From assembly GCA_043228905.1 (NCBI GenBank), contig JBHGNT010000012.1, forward strand, positions 20,956,001-21,020,000: a stretch of DNA of 64,000 nucleotides, read 5' to 3'. Position 1 is the stretch's first letter. Every line of letters begins with the position of its first letter. This stretch comes from Azolla caroliniana (lineage: Eukaryota; Plantae; Polypodiophyta). A model generated the notes under the pieces. That model was not told the DNA's origin. It worked only from the letters and a program-made list of their open reading frames with translations, and did no database searches. The position numbers and the translations under genes were made by a program. Positions 25,801 to 37,890 of this stretch are shown here, piece after piece.

Positions 25801-28800
25801 TATGCTGAAATGCAACAACAATTGGAGTAACATGGTGTACGTATAAATGCCCTACCCTGTTCCAACATAGCTTTGATTGTTCCCACCTAAACATGACCAA
25901 AATGGAAAGGAATAGAGTGATCAGAACTAATACTATCAACTTGGAAAACAAAAGAACATGGATCAGCCCCACAACATCCCGTGATAGGAAGATGACACAC
26001 TATAAGATACCTTTTACACACATTGGATGATGGATTCATCACGTGGCCCTCTTTTTTGGACATACATCCATCCCATGCATTGTGTACTGTGATAGGACAA
26101 TTGTGAACTTCTTCATATCAATTAGAGATTGAGATAGGCAGATATGCTTGAATATATCTAGAAGAAAGAATTTGCCAATTGTGTCATAAAGTAGTGGAAT
26201 CCGGAGAACACTATGTTTGCCGTTGTGCTGCTTTTGATGAAATAAGAGGGGAATACCAGTGCCTCTGTAAGCAAGGCTTTGACCCCAATGTGCAAGTTAA
26301 TGGAATATGAGGAGTGACTATGCATGGGTTTTCTCTCTCTAGAACTCAAGAGACATAGGGAAAAAAGTTGTTGAAGGACAACAATACAACCACACAAGCT
26401 TACAAACAAAGAATAATCACAACTTTCTTTATCCCTATCACTCCTTATGCTATAAGTCAATTTAGGGCTACAACAGTGAGCTCCTGACTAAGACATTGCA
26501 AAGAGGTGACAATAGAGTAGGCAATAGCAATTTGTCATACTTGTAGATCCTGTCCTCGTGAACCATTATCACACCACCTGCTTGATAGGTAAATGCCATT
26601 ATCTCCTACCATCGAAGGTGCTTCTTGCACTTCGGAGATCTCTCCATTTTGGATTGACCTCTTTGCATAAATTATAAATTGGGATACAAAGACATGCGTG
26701 CAAACCTATGGAATCAGAACATTGTCTGCAATTGTGGTTTTTCTTATGAAATGAGAAGGATATATTATTGCCTCGTCAAATATGGCATTGCATTGCTATG
26801 CAAGGTCATTAAATAAGAGGGATATAGATTCTTTAGTACCCTATGTTTTCTTATGTTTATTTTGGTTTGTTCTCAAAGATGAGAAAACATTGTAAAGTGT
26901 AGTCTCTTTTTTACTCTTATTGCCCATTTTAGCATCATAAAAGCTGTAACTATCTTTCTTTTTCGGCATAAACACATTGAATGCAATTTGAATGTTGTGA
27001 GGGCCATTGCGATATAAAACTTGATGGTTATTTATGTAAGTAAAATTCTGGTTTTATTTGACTATGAGATTGAATCTAGCAGGCTTCTTGGTGCCGATTT
27101 GATTCTATCATGGAGCCATTATTGTGCATTCTGTATTCTGAATGTTTAGCAACCTTCACACCAGCAGGTAAGCTGTTTCTCCTTTCTCAGCTTGATTTCA
27201 CATTATTGATGATTGATATGCTTGAACTTTCTCGTTAAAAGAACATTTGTTCTTAATATATTGTAATATGAAACGTTGATGGATTACAAAGGTGAGATGA
27301 CCATTGTACCACTACCTCATGCGATGGAATCATTATGGCCTGTACCTTTTGGGCTTCTGCTCCAGAGTGGATCGATAGGAAATGTATTATCCTGGAATAA
27401 AATGAACCTTGCCAATGAATGCAGAGTGGGTCAGAATTCATTGCTCCATTCCAGTATACCAGTAAATAATCTCAATTTCACACATTTTGCTCTGCAGCAT
27501 CCCCTTGAGGAGCCTCAGGTTACGAATTACTTTCATTTCTCTGTTCTTGTTACCCTATTCTATTTCATTACATAATGTGTGGCAGTTATATCTAAATGTT
27601 CCTATTTTCTTTTTGCTATTTGCTAAGATTTCATTCACTTTTCTTATGTATCTCCACATCTCATTTTTTATTTTGCTGCTATCAATAACTTCGAGCACAT
27701 TGAAGTTTAAGTGATACAATTGTGCTACTAAAACGACAGCATATGGTTTATTACCCCAAGGAACAACACTCAAGCTATTTGCCATGGAAGCTGTAAATTT
27801 GAATCCAGCCTGCTTCTTTCACTTAGAGCACTCCCTTCCATATTCAGGAAAAATAATCCAATGTCAGCTGATACGGCATCTCATACTGAAACTCTAAAGG
27901 AAAATCAGAATAACAGAAAGCCTCTACTTACCCATTGCATGTGCAATTAAAGACATTTCAATTCTCGTTGATAATAACTGGATGCTGTAGTAATTGCTTT
28001 AATAATTTGATGCTGGATATATTATATACTAAATCAAGCATTGGGGCCAAAATATATAGAAGAACTCTATATTATTGGAAAATAGAAGTATTGTAATTTG
28101 CAGTGCAGACAAATCTTGGCATTCTTTCCATGATTCTAACTATTGTTTGGTATTATAGGCCATTTTGGCCTCTTAAAAGACGTTAATATATCTTTTTCTT
28201 TCTCACTATCTTCTTGTGGCTTTTCACCTCACCAATGGTATAATGTATTACTGAAGGAAGAAAGAAAGATATATTAATGTCTATGAAGAGGCCAAAATGG
28301 CCTATAAGACCAAATAAGAGATTACACCTTAAGTGTTGAGTCTTTGAGAACAAATCAAAATAAAATAAATATTACACAGTAAATATTTAAGTAAATAAGA
28401 TGAAAAGAAAAGAAACGAGGGAATCTGGTTTTTGGCACATTGAGATTCTCAAGTAAGGTATATTGTAGCTTTTGTCTTCGAAAGATCTCTAGCATAGGTC
28501 AATCTAGAATGGAAATGTCTTTTAAGCGAGGGAAGCACCTATGATGGCGGGAGATAATGGGTTTTATCTGTTGATGACAAGGGTGTCAAGGTCGTGGTCC
28601 ATGGCGTGGTCCATGGGACTGGGGCCTACGTGCACAACAAATTGCCATTGCTCGATCAATTGTAACCCCTTTGTTATGTCCTGGTTTGGAGCCCATTTGT
28701 GTATCCTGTGATTGACTTGTAGCATTAGTAGGAGTGATTGGGCTAAAGAAAGTTGTGATTGTTCTTTGTGGATGAGCTTGTGTGGTTGTATTCTTCAACA

Positions 28801-31800
28801 ACTTTTCCCGATGTCTCTTGAGCTCTAGCGAGAAAAGTCTTAGGCATCGTTGGTCCTCATATTCCATTACCTTGCGTAGTGGGCCAAAGCCTTGTTTAAA
28901 GAGGCAATGGTATCTCCCTCCGATTTCATAAAAGACGCTACAATGACAAACATAGTGTTCTTCAGATTCCACTCCTTGATGACACAATTGGCAAATTCTC
29001 TCTTCTAGAGGTAGTCGTGTATATTTGCCTACCTCAATCTGTAACTGATGTGATGAAGTTCGTAGTTGCCCTATCACACTACGCAACGCATAGGATAGAT
29101 GTATGTCCATATAAGGTGGCCTGATGACAAATCCATCCTACGATGTATGTAAGAAGTGTGTCTTATTGTGGGCCATTGTTGTACCAAGTGGTATGCTGGG
29201 GTTGATCCATGCTATCTTCTTTTCCAAGTTAATAATATCAGTTCGGATCACTCTATTCTTTTCCACTTTGGTCATATTTAGATGGGGACAGTCCAAGCTA
29301 TATTGGAACAGGGGTAGTGCATTTATACTCATGCCATGTGACTCGAACCATTGCCACATTTCAGCATACTAACAATGAGTGTCTCCATTTTCAGCCAGTT
29401 GTCTTGATGACAGAAGTGCCAACCTTGGGTACCTTCGTTTAGGGAGCTCCCAAAGACGTTGGATAAATGTCACTGATCGGAACAATGCCCGGTTATTATA
29501 GGTGCTGCTCCCATCTCTGCCCGGATTATATCGTGGGGCACCGATGCTTTGCTCCTTATCATGCGAGCAATCATTGACACTAAAGGTCTCTCTAAATCTT
29601 TCCAATGATTTGCCTTGTTAAGACTCGGTCCCCATGTTTCTACTCCATAGAGAAGAGTTGGTGTGACAAGTGCATCAAATAACCATAGCTTAGTCTGTGG
29701 CTCTTGGAACTGCAGATGTGCACATTCTCTCGAGGGCACCAAGGGCTGCATATCCATGAGAAAGTCGGGCACAAGCAGCCTCCTATAAGGAGAACCTAGG
29801 TCCTGTAAATGTTACTCCTAGGTATGTGTAGGAGCATGTGTAGGAGCGTGTGTATTGCACAGTGTCAAAGGCTTTTCGGAAATCCACAAAGCAGCAATAA
29901 ATCCTCTTGTTGTGGGCTCTGCCCTCCTCAATAAGGGCTCGGAGGGTGAATATGTGATCCAAAGTTGTGAACCCCTTCCGAAAGCCTACCTGTCCAATTG
30001 AACGGTAGCCATTATGCTCTGCCCATATACTCAATTCGGATTCTAGAATCAAGCCATATAATTTAGCCAAGTAATGGCCAATCATGATTGTCCTATAGTT
30101 GCTTGGAATCATGGGGTCTCCAGTCTTGAGAATTGGCACAATGGTATGCTGAGTCCATCTAGTAGGGAAACCTTCACACATGGCTCTATTAAAGATGTGT
30201 GCTAGCAATGGGAGCAAGGTGTCACGAGCATAGATAAAGTGCTCACCCACCAATCCATCATGATCTTGGGCCTTCCCAAATTGTAGCCGATCAATGGCAT
30301 TTCTAACATTTTGTGGTGTAAAGAAGGTTGATTCATGTGGGCGTGAGGCATTCGGGTGGGGAAGAGGAGGTTGCCCTGGGATATCATATAGAACCTTTGC
30401 ATATTCGTGCCACACCTGAGGTGAGGTCAGTTGTGTGTTGGGTTGCCTCTCATTAAACATTTTCCATGCTCTTTTACTCTCTTGTCCTAGAAACAAGCGA
30501 TACAAATGATCTTCAAATTTAGCCAAATACAATCTCTTCTTCTTCCTTACGAGGCGTTGGAAGGTTGCTCTCGCTTGGTTGTGTGTATAAATGCCCCGAG
30601 TTACATCACGTTGCAAGCATCTCCTTGTATCCCGACATTCCTCATCATACCAACTATTTTGTATTACTCTACCGAGTTTGGGGGGATTGGCCGCTGTGTG
30701 AGGGAAGCATTTGTGGTTGCTTTATGCAATGATTTGGTAATCCTTGGGTAAGTTCTTCAAGGGGTGCGAAAGGATCCAAATCTAGCATGCCATTGTATAC
30801 ACCACAACTATACACATCAATTGTCTCGTGAGTAAATAGATACTTAGCCAGACCACTCTCCTTAGCATATACATCCTTTGTGCATCCATCCCTTACCTCG
30901 AAGCGTAGATATGCATGATCAGCTACCAAGCCAGAGATGGAGATCCCATTAGATAATCGACTATGCTTGCACCCCTTTTTGGGTTCCAACATGTCAAAGC
31001 ATCTGATCCAGGCCACTGTGACAAGCCTTTATTATTTCAGGTTTAAGAGATGGAGATCCCATTAGATAATCGACTATGCTTGCACCCCCTTTTGGGTTCC
31101 AACATGTCAAAGCATCTTATCCAGGCCACTATGACAAGCCATTATTATCACAAATCCATGCGTGCTTCCCAAGAGTAGAAAGTATTTTCCATATTCAGTT
31201 ATAGCACTCATATCTTGAGCTTGTCGCTTTAGACCAACCTCTTCCGCCATAACTTCTCCATGAACAGCCTCGTTGGTGTTAAACATAGTTGTTTGTTCAT
31301 CCTTGGTTTGTGCATTAAAATCTCCTAATAGTATTATGTCCCCCATAGTAGCAAATCTTCTGATATCATCATATAGTGGTAGATATGGTGATTCACCTAG
31401 AGGTGCAAACCTTGAGTAGGCAGGTGGAAAGTAGCAAAGTGCAATATATAACTCCCTAAGATCCCCTCTTTTTATTCCCTAGGAAGAAAGAAAGAAAGAT
31501 ATATTAACGTCTTTTAAGAGACCAAAATGGCCTATAAGACCAAATAAGAGATTACATCTTAAGTGTTGTCTCGTCTTTGAGAACAAATCAAAATAAAATA
31601 AATATTACACAGTAAATATAAAAGTAAATAACATGAAAAGAAAATTAATGAGGGAATCTGGTTTTTGGCACATGTGAGATCCTCAAGTTAGGTATATTGT
31701 AGCTTTTGTCTTCGAAAGATCTCTAGCATAGGTCGATCCAGAATGGAAATGTCTCTGAAGCAAGGGAAGCACCTACGATGGCGGGAGATAATGGCTTTTA

Positions 31801-34800
31801 TCTGTTGATGACAAGGGTGTTGAGATCGTGGTCCATGGGGCCGAGGCCCGATCAATTGTAACCCCTTTGTTATGTCCTGGTCTGAAGCCCATTTGTGCAT
31901 CCCGGGGTTGACTTCTAGCATTAGGAGTGATGGGGAGGAAAAGAACAAAAATTATCTGGGAACTTTGATTCTTTTCTTGCAAAGTCACACATCTTTGGTG
32001 ATTGATGCTTGCTATAGCATCATAAGGCCAAGTAATAGTTGAATCTTAGAATTCTTGGAAAGGAGAGCAGAAAAAAAGTAAAGAAATAAAGGAAACCCCC
32101 CTAAGGACAAAGTTAACAGGAGAAAATAAAAGACCAAAATAAATCTTATGCGTATGCACACAAATGGCTAACACAATCTTTCCTTTTGCGATGCAAGCAA
32201 ACAACAAACCAGAATTGGTTCCTATTGCAAGGGATGATACACCAAGGAAGTCTTTAGGGACATTTCCAATGTCAAACCATGATAATTGAATATGAGATCC
32301 TCAATTAATCTATTTGGAGGGTAAGAAGGCAGTTGATGTTCCACCATCTAGCATTAAGTTCCAGTTGAAGTGAAATGAGATCAATAATGTGCTGTCAAAA
32401 GTATTTGCTGTTGTTTCTTGCAGTGTTTATGGAATTTTATCCTGTTGGTATAATTATTACTCATCAATAGAAAAATATTTTTCACTTATGCAAAGATATT
32501 CATGCATGCATGAATGGGTGGATACTTGTTGTGGCTATTGTTTTTGTTAGCAAGCAATTAATTGTTGATCTCGTTTTGCAATTTTGGAGAGACTATTCAT
32601 TTTTTCTATGCTTAGTTATTCTCGTGATGTCTTATAAATATTTACTAATCATACAGGCATTGCAAGTGGAGGAAGGTAGCGTTTTATGTGGTAATATTGG
32701 TTCAGAAGAGCAAATTATTTGGACTAGCAGTGACGTGCCTTATGTTGTATCTTATCACAATGGTATGCCAGATCTTCTAATGATCCCTCAGAGATTAAAC
32801 TTATTCCTGAACTACTGTATGATATAATAATGACATAAAATAGACTATTATGGTAAATATAAAATAAAGCTATGTCTTCTGGAGATTCTTTGTGATGCCT
32901 TTCCTTTTCGCGACTAAAGAAAAGGAGGCAATACAGCATATATTGCAGTTACTGACATCAAGATAATATTACAAATTGAAAGTGTATAAATTTTTACCAC
33001 TGTCCTCTAGGGAAATTGTGACATAAGTATAAGCATGCTCACAGAAAGGCATCGTATATATGATAGCCTTTGAGAATATAGTCAATATAACCTGCTGGAT
33101 GGGAAGAGGTATTACCTTTTCTAAAACCCCGTTTTTATTCCCATCAACATAGGTGGGGTAGCTCCTATAATATGTCAGAAAATAGTACTTATCACCTTCA
33201 GATTGCAGAACCAGCACCTAGATTTATTTTTGCTATAATGACCATGCATTTATTGTCATCTATTTTTGTTAAACAGTGTGTATTATTGTTTCTCCAATCT
33301 GAGTGTCGCATCCACGCAACTGGGATTTATGGAACTATGAAGTTTAATGCCTGTCAGATCTGCTAAATCTTCTGCAGATTAATTATATCTCTTTTGATTT
33401 TTGTGTCAACTATTTTATCTATTCTCTGTTGCAATCTGCAAAAAAACAATTTCAGCATCATCAATTCCTTGAGTTCGTGTGTATAAGGTGAATAGCATAC
33501 CATTACTTCTTGTTGGTCAAATGTTTATATGGCCTTCCTCTTCATCATGCATCAATTGTACCTAATCTGTCATATTGTACCCAGAAACTGCAGTGAAAGT
33601 GCTTTGGAAGAGCTACATGTTGCTCCATCGTCAGTGGTTGAGAATGGTTTCATTGCATGTGAAACAATGATTAGCTTTATAAAAATTTCCACTAGGAATT
33701 ATGACTTGAATTATCCCCATAATAGTTCCATTCTCCTGAATTTTTTTGTTTTGTTTTGCTAGCTTTATCTTATTGAGAATTTTTTTATTTATTGTCTTGT
33801 TACTCGGAGAACTATCATACTGTTGCCAACGAAGTAAAAGCTCGTTTTACAATATTGATTTTGCAGTATTTACTGTGCACGAACCTGTAATATTTTATTA
33901 TCATGTGTATCACCAGTAAAATTAATGACATGCCATTTTATCTACCAGTGAAATTACAACATTCAATATGGCATGTGAAATTGGTTCAAGCTAAAGGCGA
34001 GTTTTCATTTGAGAGCAAGAAACTAGTGGAACTACATTCTTTCAATAGTGGTGCTACTGTCTGCCTAGAGCGTCTATGGCAGGGTGAGGGTGGTAAACTT
34101 GTTGCAGATCAGGTACCTATGCGTTTGTCTGTTTTCAACTAGCAAGGAATAGATATTTATAGGTTCTTTTCTGATGCATTTTACTTTTTGCTACAGGTTT
34201 TCTTGGCTACAGATAGTGATGGTGTGCCAATCCTCTGCTTCTTGACGAAAGTGCTGCAAAATCTCTCTGCATTTAGGCTTGTTAGGGGGGAGATGACAAA
34301 TTTAGAGGGAAGCTTGACATGGAATATTTCTGCAATTGCAGCCGCGCCTATTATTGCTACACGACCCTGGTATTATGAACACATTTTTATTGAATGTCCT
34401 TCTGCAGCTAAACCTTAACCAGTGCTAATGCTGGATGTGTTTATGGTGATGTAGGCTACGGCAATCACATAAACAGTTCGACCTGATAATTTTGACAGCT
34501 GAGGGAAACCTTTATTTACACGTACATCATCTGATCCCCATCATGTAATGGTGCAGTTCATTTTCAAAACGGCATTAAAAGAAGATATATGGGTTTTTAA
34601 GTTCTATGTCCTGCCATGTACAGACAGCTTCATGTATGGGATTGTTTATTTGAAGATTTAATTTTGCTGTCTGGAAATGGAGTGATACCAAACCAATGTT
34701 GAGTTTTTAAATTTTTGGTTACTTCCTAATGAAATTAGTTTCAAATGTATGTTTCCTCAGTTCAGTTAAAGATCTCACAATCTGGTTAAACGAATTCATG

Positions 34801-37800
34801 ATCAACTCATAAGTAATCCTGAACAAGGGATTGTTTATTTTATAGAAATCAATTAAGGATATTCATTTTTGGAATCTTACATGGGTTCCAGGGAAATCGT
34901 CTCAGGGAGTAGATCTTGAATGTTATGACTGCAAATGTGTTGATATGAAATATCTCGCTACAAGATAAACATTGGGCTGGGTTCTGGTTTGTTTCTAATG
35001 TTTCTTTCCAAATTCCTATCAATACATTAGAATACCCGACCGGAACTAGACCATTTATAGTTAATTGTACTTGAGTTTGTGTGTTTTACCAGTATGTTGG
35101 CATTAATGAGTTGTTTGCAACTTCAACCAAAATGCTGGAAACACCTTGCCCAATGGGTTATGGTACTGGAGTGAATGATACTTCATGCTGGCAATCTCTT
35201 CATGTGGTCTGTTATGATAATATACACCACAGAATACCCGACTAGAACGAGACCATTTATAGTTAATTGTACTTGAGTTTGTGTGTTTTACCAGTATGTT
35301 GGAATTAATGAGTTGTTTGCAACTTCAATCAAAATGTTGGAAACTCCTTGCCCAAACATGGGTTATGGTACGGGAGTGAATGATACTTCATGCTGGCAAT
35401 CTCTTCATGTGGTCTGTTATGATAATATACACCACTCCCCTTTAGACCTTGGAGGGTTCTAGACAATAACAAATGCAATATCTTCGAATGCTCTTGTCTG
35501 GAAAAACATCTTGCCAGTCTACAAGTGGTCTTGTTTCCTGGCTAGTGCTGGAGGCATACCCATCTCTTCCCATAAGTACTTTCAGGAGAAAGATAATGCA
35601 TTCTTTGCTAGTCTTGAACAAGTAACTAAGTCAATAACAAAGAAAGAAAGAAAGGATCCTTGTGGCATATGAGACCTAGGAAAGGTTTTAACTGTTAATG
35701 GTAACTTGTCAGTGCAAGTGGCTAAAGAAAAATGTCTTTGTATTCTAGCTTTGTAAAACTAAACAAATTGAACATATGTAATTGTGAATAACAGTCACCA
35801 AACATGTTTTGTGATGTTTGGCTTTATGGGCCAGACAATAGCATTAATTCATTCCATTTTGTTTGTCTATCTGCATATACATACTAAAGTTGAGAGCCTC
35901 ATTTGGGGGTATAAACTTGTTGTTTGCTTGCAGAGGGGAATGTATTGTCTTTGTGAGCTTCGTTTTCCCTGGAATTTTGGAAGTGCATTGAGACTATCAG
36001 CAGTGGATGGTGGAAACCTTGAATCTCCTGTTACAAATGACCAAGTAATAGGCCTTTGTGATCCTGTTCAAGGTCGGGTGAATATAGTAACTTCTACTGG
36101 TCAGGTGCTTATTCTAGCTCCAGTGTCTTGATTTTGAACTATCTTAATCCTTGTTTGTCATGTTAGATTTGCCTGATGGTTTGAAAATCATAAATTGTGT
36201 TTTAATTGCAGCTTTATCGGTGTTCAGTTAGTTGTCCACCAGCTTCTGCCCTTACTATGTCATGCCTTAGAGCATTGGACGAAGGATTGGAAAATTCTCT
36301 ATATGACCAGTTTCTTTCTTCTCTATGGGCACATAATAATTCATCAGTGAATGGTCCTGCCAATATGCAAAACAGAGTGTGTGGGAATCGTGATTCAGAA
36401 TGGGATTCTTTTACTGACATTTTGATGCTGTGGTGCAATAAAAATAGTGCAGCTGAGCCTCTCGAGGCTGCTCCCGAATATCCTGCATGGGAGTATTTAT
36501 TACATAGCACCATGCACAGAAAGAACCGGAACATGTTTCCTGGACTCTCTCTGCCTTCTATTCCAATAAAATCAGATTCATATTTTAGAGGTCACAGAGC
36601 AGGCCTTACTGAGAAATGCACAGAATATGCTAGTATGCTGGGTGAAATACTAATGCTTCTACACATAGTATATGAAGATCACAAATTAGATTGTCTGCAT
36701 TGGAGGTAAAGTTTTAAAAAAAAGGACTGAAATTTGTTTTCTCTATTAATTTGTCGATTGGGTTGATTTCTTAATAACTAGTAAGGTTTTTGGTTAAGCA
36801 GGGAATTGCACACTCTTGGATCTTTGCTAGGTCATATAGCAGCTTCTTTGCGTGAATGGAATTATCTGGATCATTATGCCCGAGATTTCCCTGATCTGTT
36901 TGGACTTTTTGAAGCGAGTAAATGTGATAGAAGTTGGCAGTCTCTAAAAGTTCCTTTCAACATATTCCAGTGGCTGGCGAATTGCATGAGAGCACAAAAT
37001 TCTCCTTTTTCTGATAGCTTACCCTCATTGTACATGAATAGAGAGGCTACATGTATAAATTTTTCTCGGAAGGTTATTGGATTCTATGGGTTACTTTGTT
37101 GCAGTGAAGCTGTTTCAAAAGTTGTCTCATGCGGAGTACATATTGACATTGCTGCTGGTAGTTTTGAAACCGCTGAGCAAAAACTAGTACTAGCAATGGT
37201 GGGAGAGAACTTTGGTCTGACAGATCTTGACCGTTTGCCAGCAGGGGTCTCTCTTCCTCTGCGCCATGTAATTACATCAATTCATTCAGCTGGATGCCAT
37301 AATTTTGTATTTTTCATGTGATGAGAAAGATGATGAATACTGATCATACCATTTTGTCAACCATGCTTTCTACAGGCTTTGAACAACTGCAGAGAAGCAC
37401 CTCCTCAAGATTGGCCTGAATCTGCATTTGTTCTTGTTGGTCGTGAAGACTTGGCTTCTATGTGCAATAAAAGGCATTCACATGTCAATGTATCACAAAT
37501 GGCAGCACCATATATGCTACATTTACGCCCAATATCTCTGTTCTCATCTGAAACTGATACATACGAGAATGCAAACACAGAATCCATCACGACTGTGGAC
37601 AATATAAGTGATGGCATGGAAAGCTTGTTTAATGGGACAGCCCAGCTTCGGTTTGGCTCTGACCTTCGTCTGAATGAGGTACAGAATGTTCACTGTACAG
37701 AGGTTTATAGAAATGAATAGAGAGATACATTTTGTTCTCCATGTGGTATTTCTATCTAGAAATGAATTTTAAATTATATTGATTGCATGATTGAACTTGA

Positions 37801-37844
37801 AGATTATGATGTTCACACTAAGACAGTATCTTAAATATTCCTAG

Positions 37845-37890
<46 letters not shown>

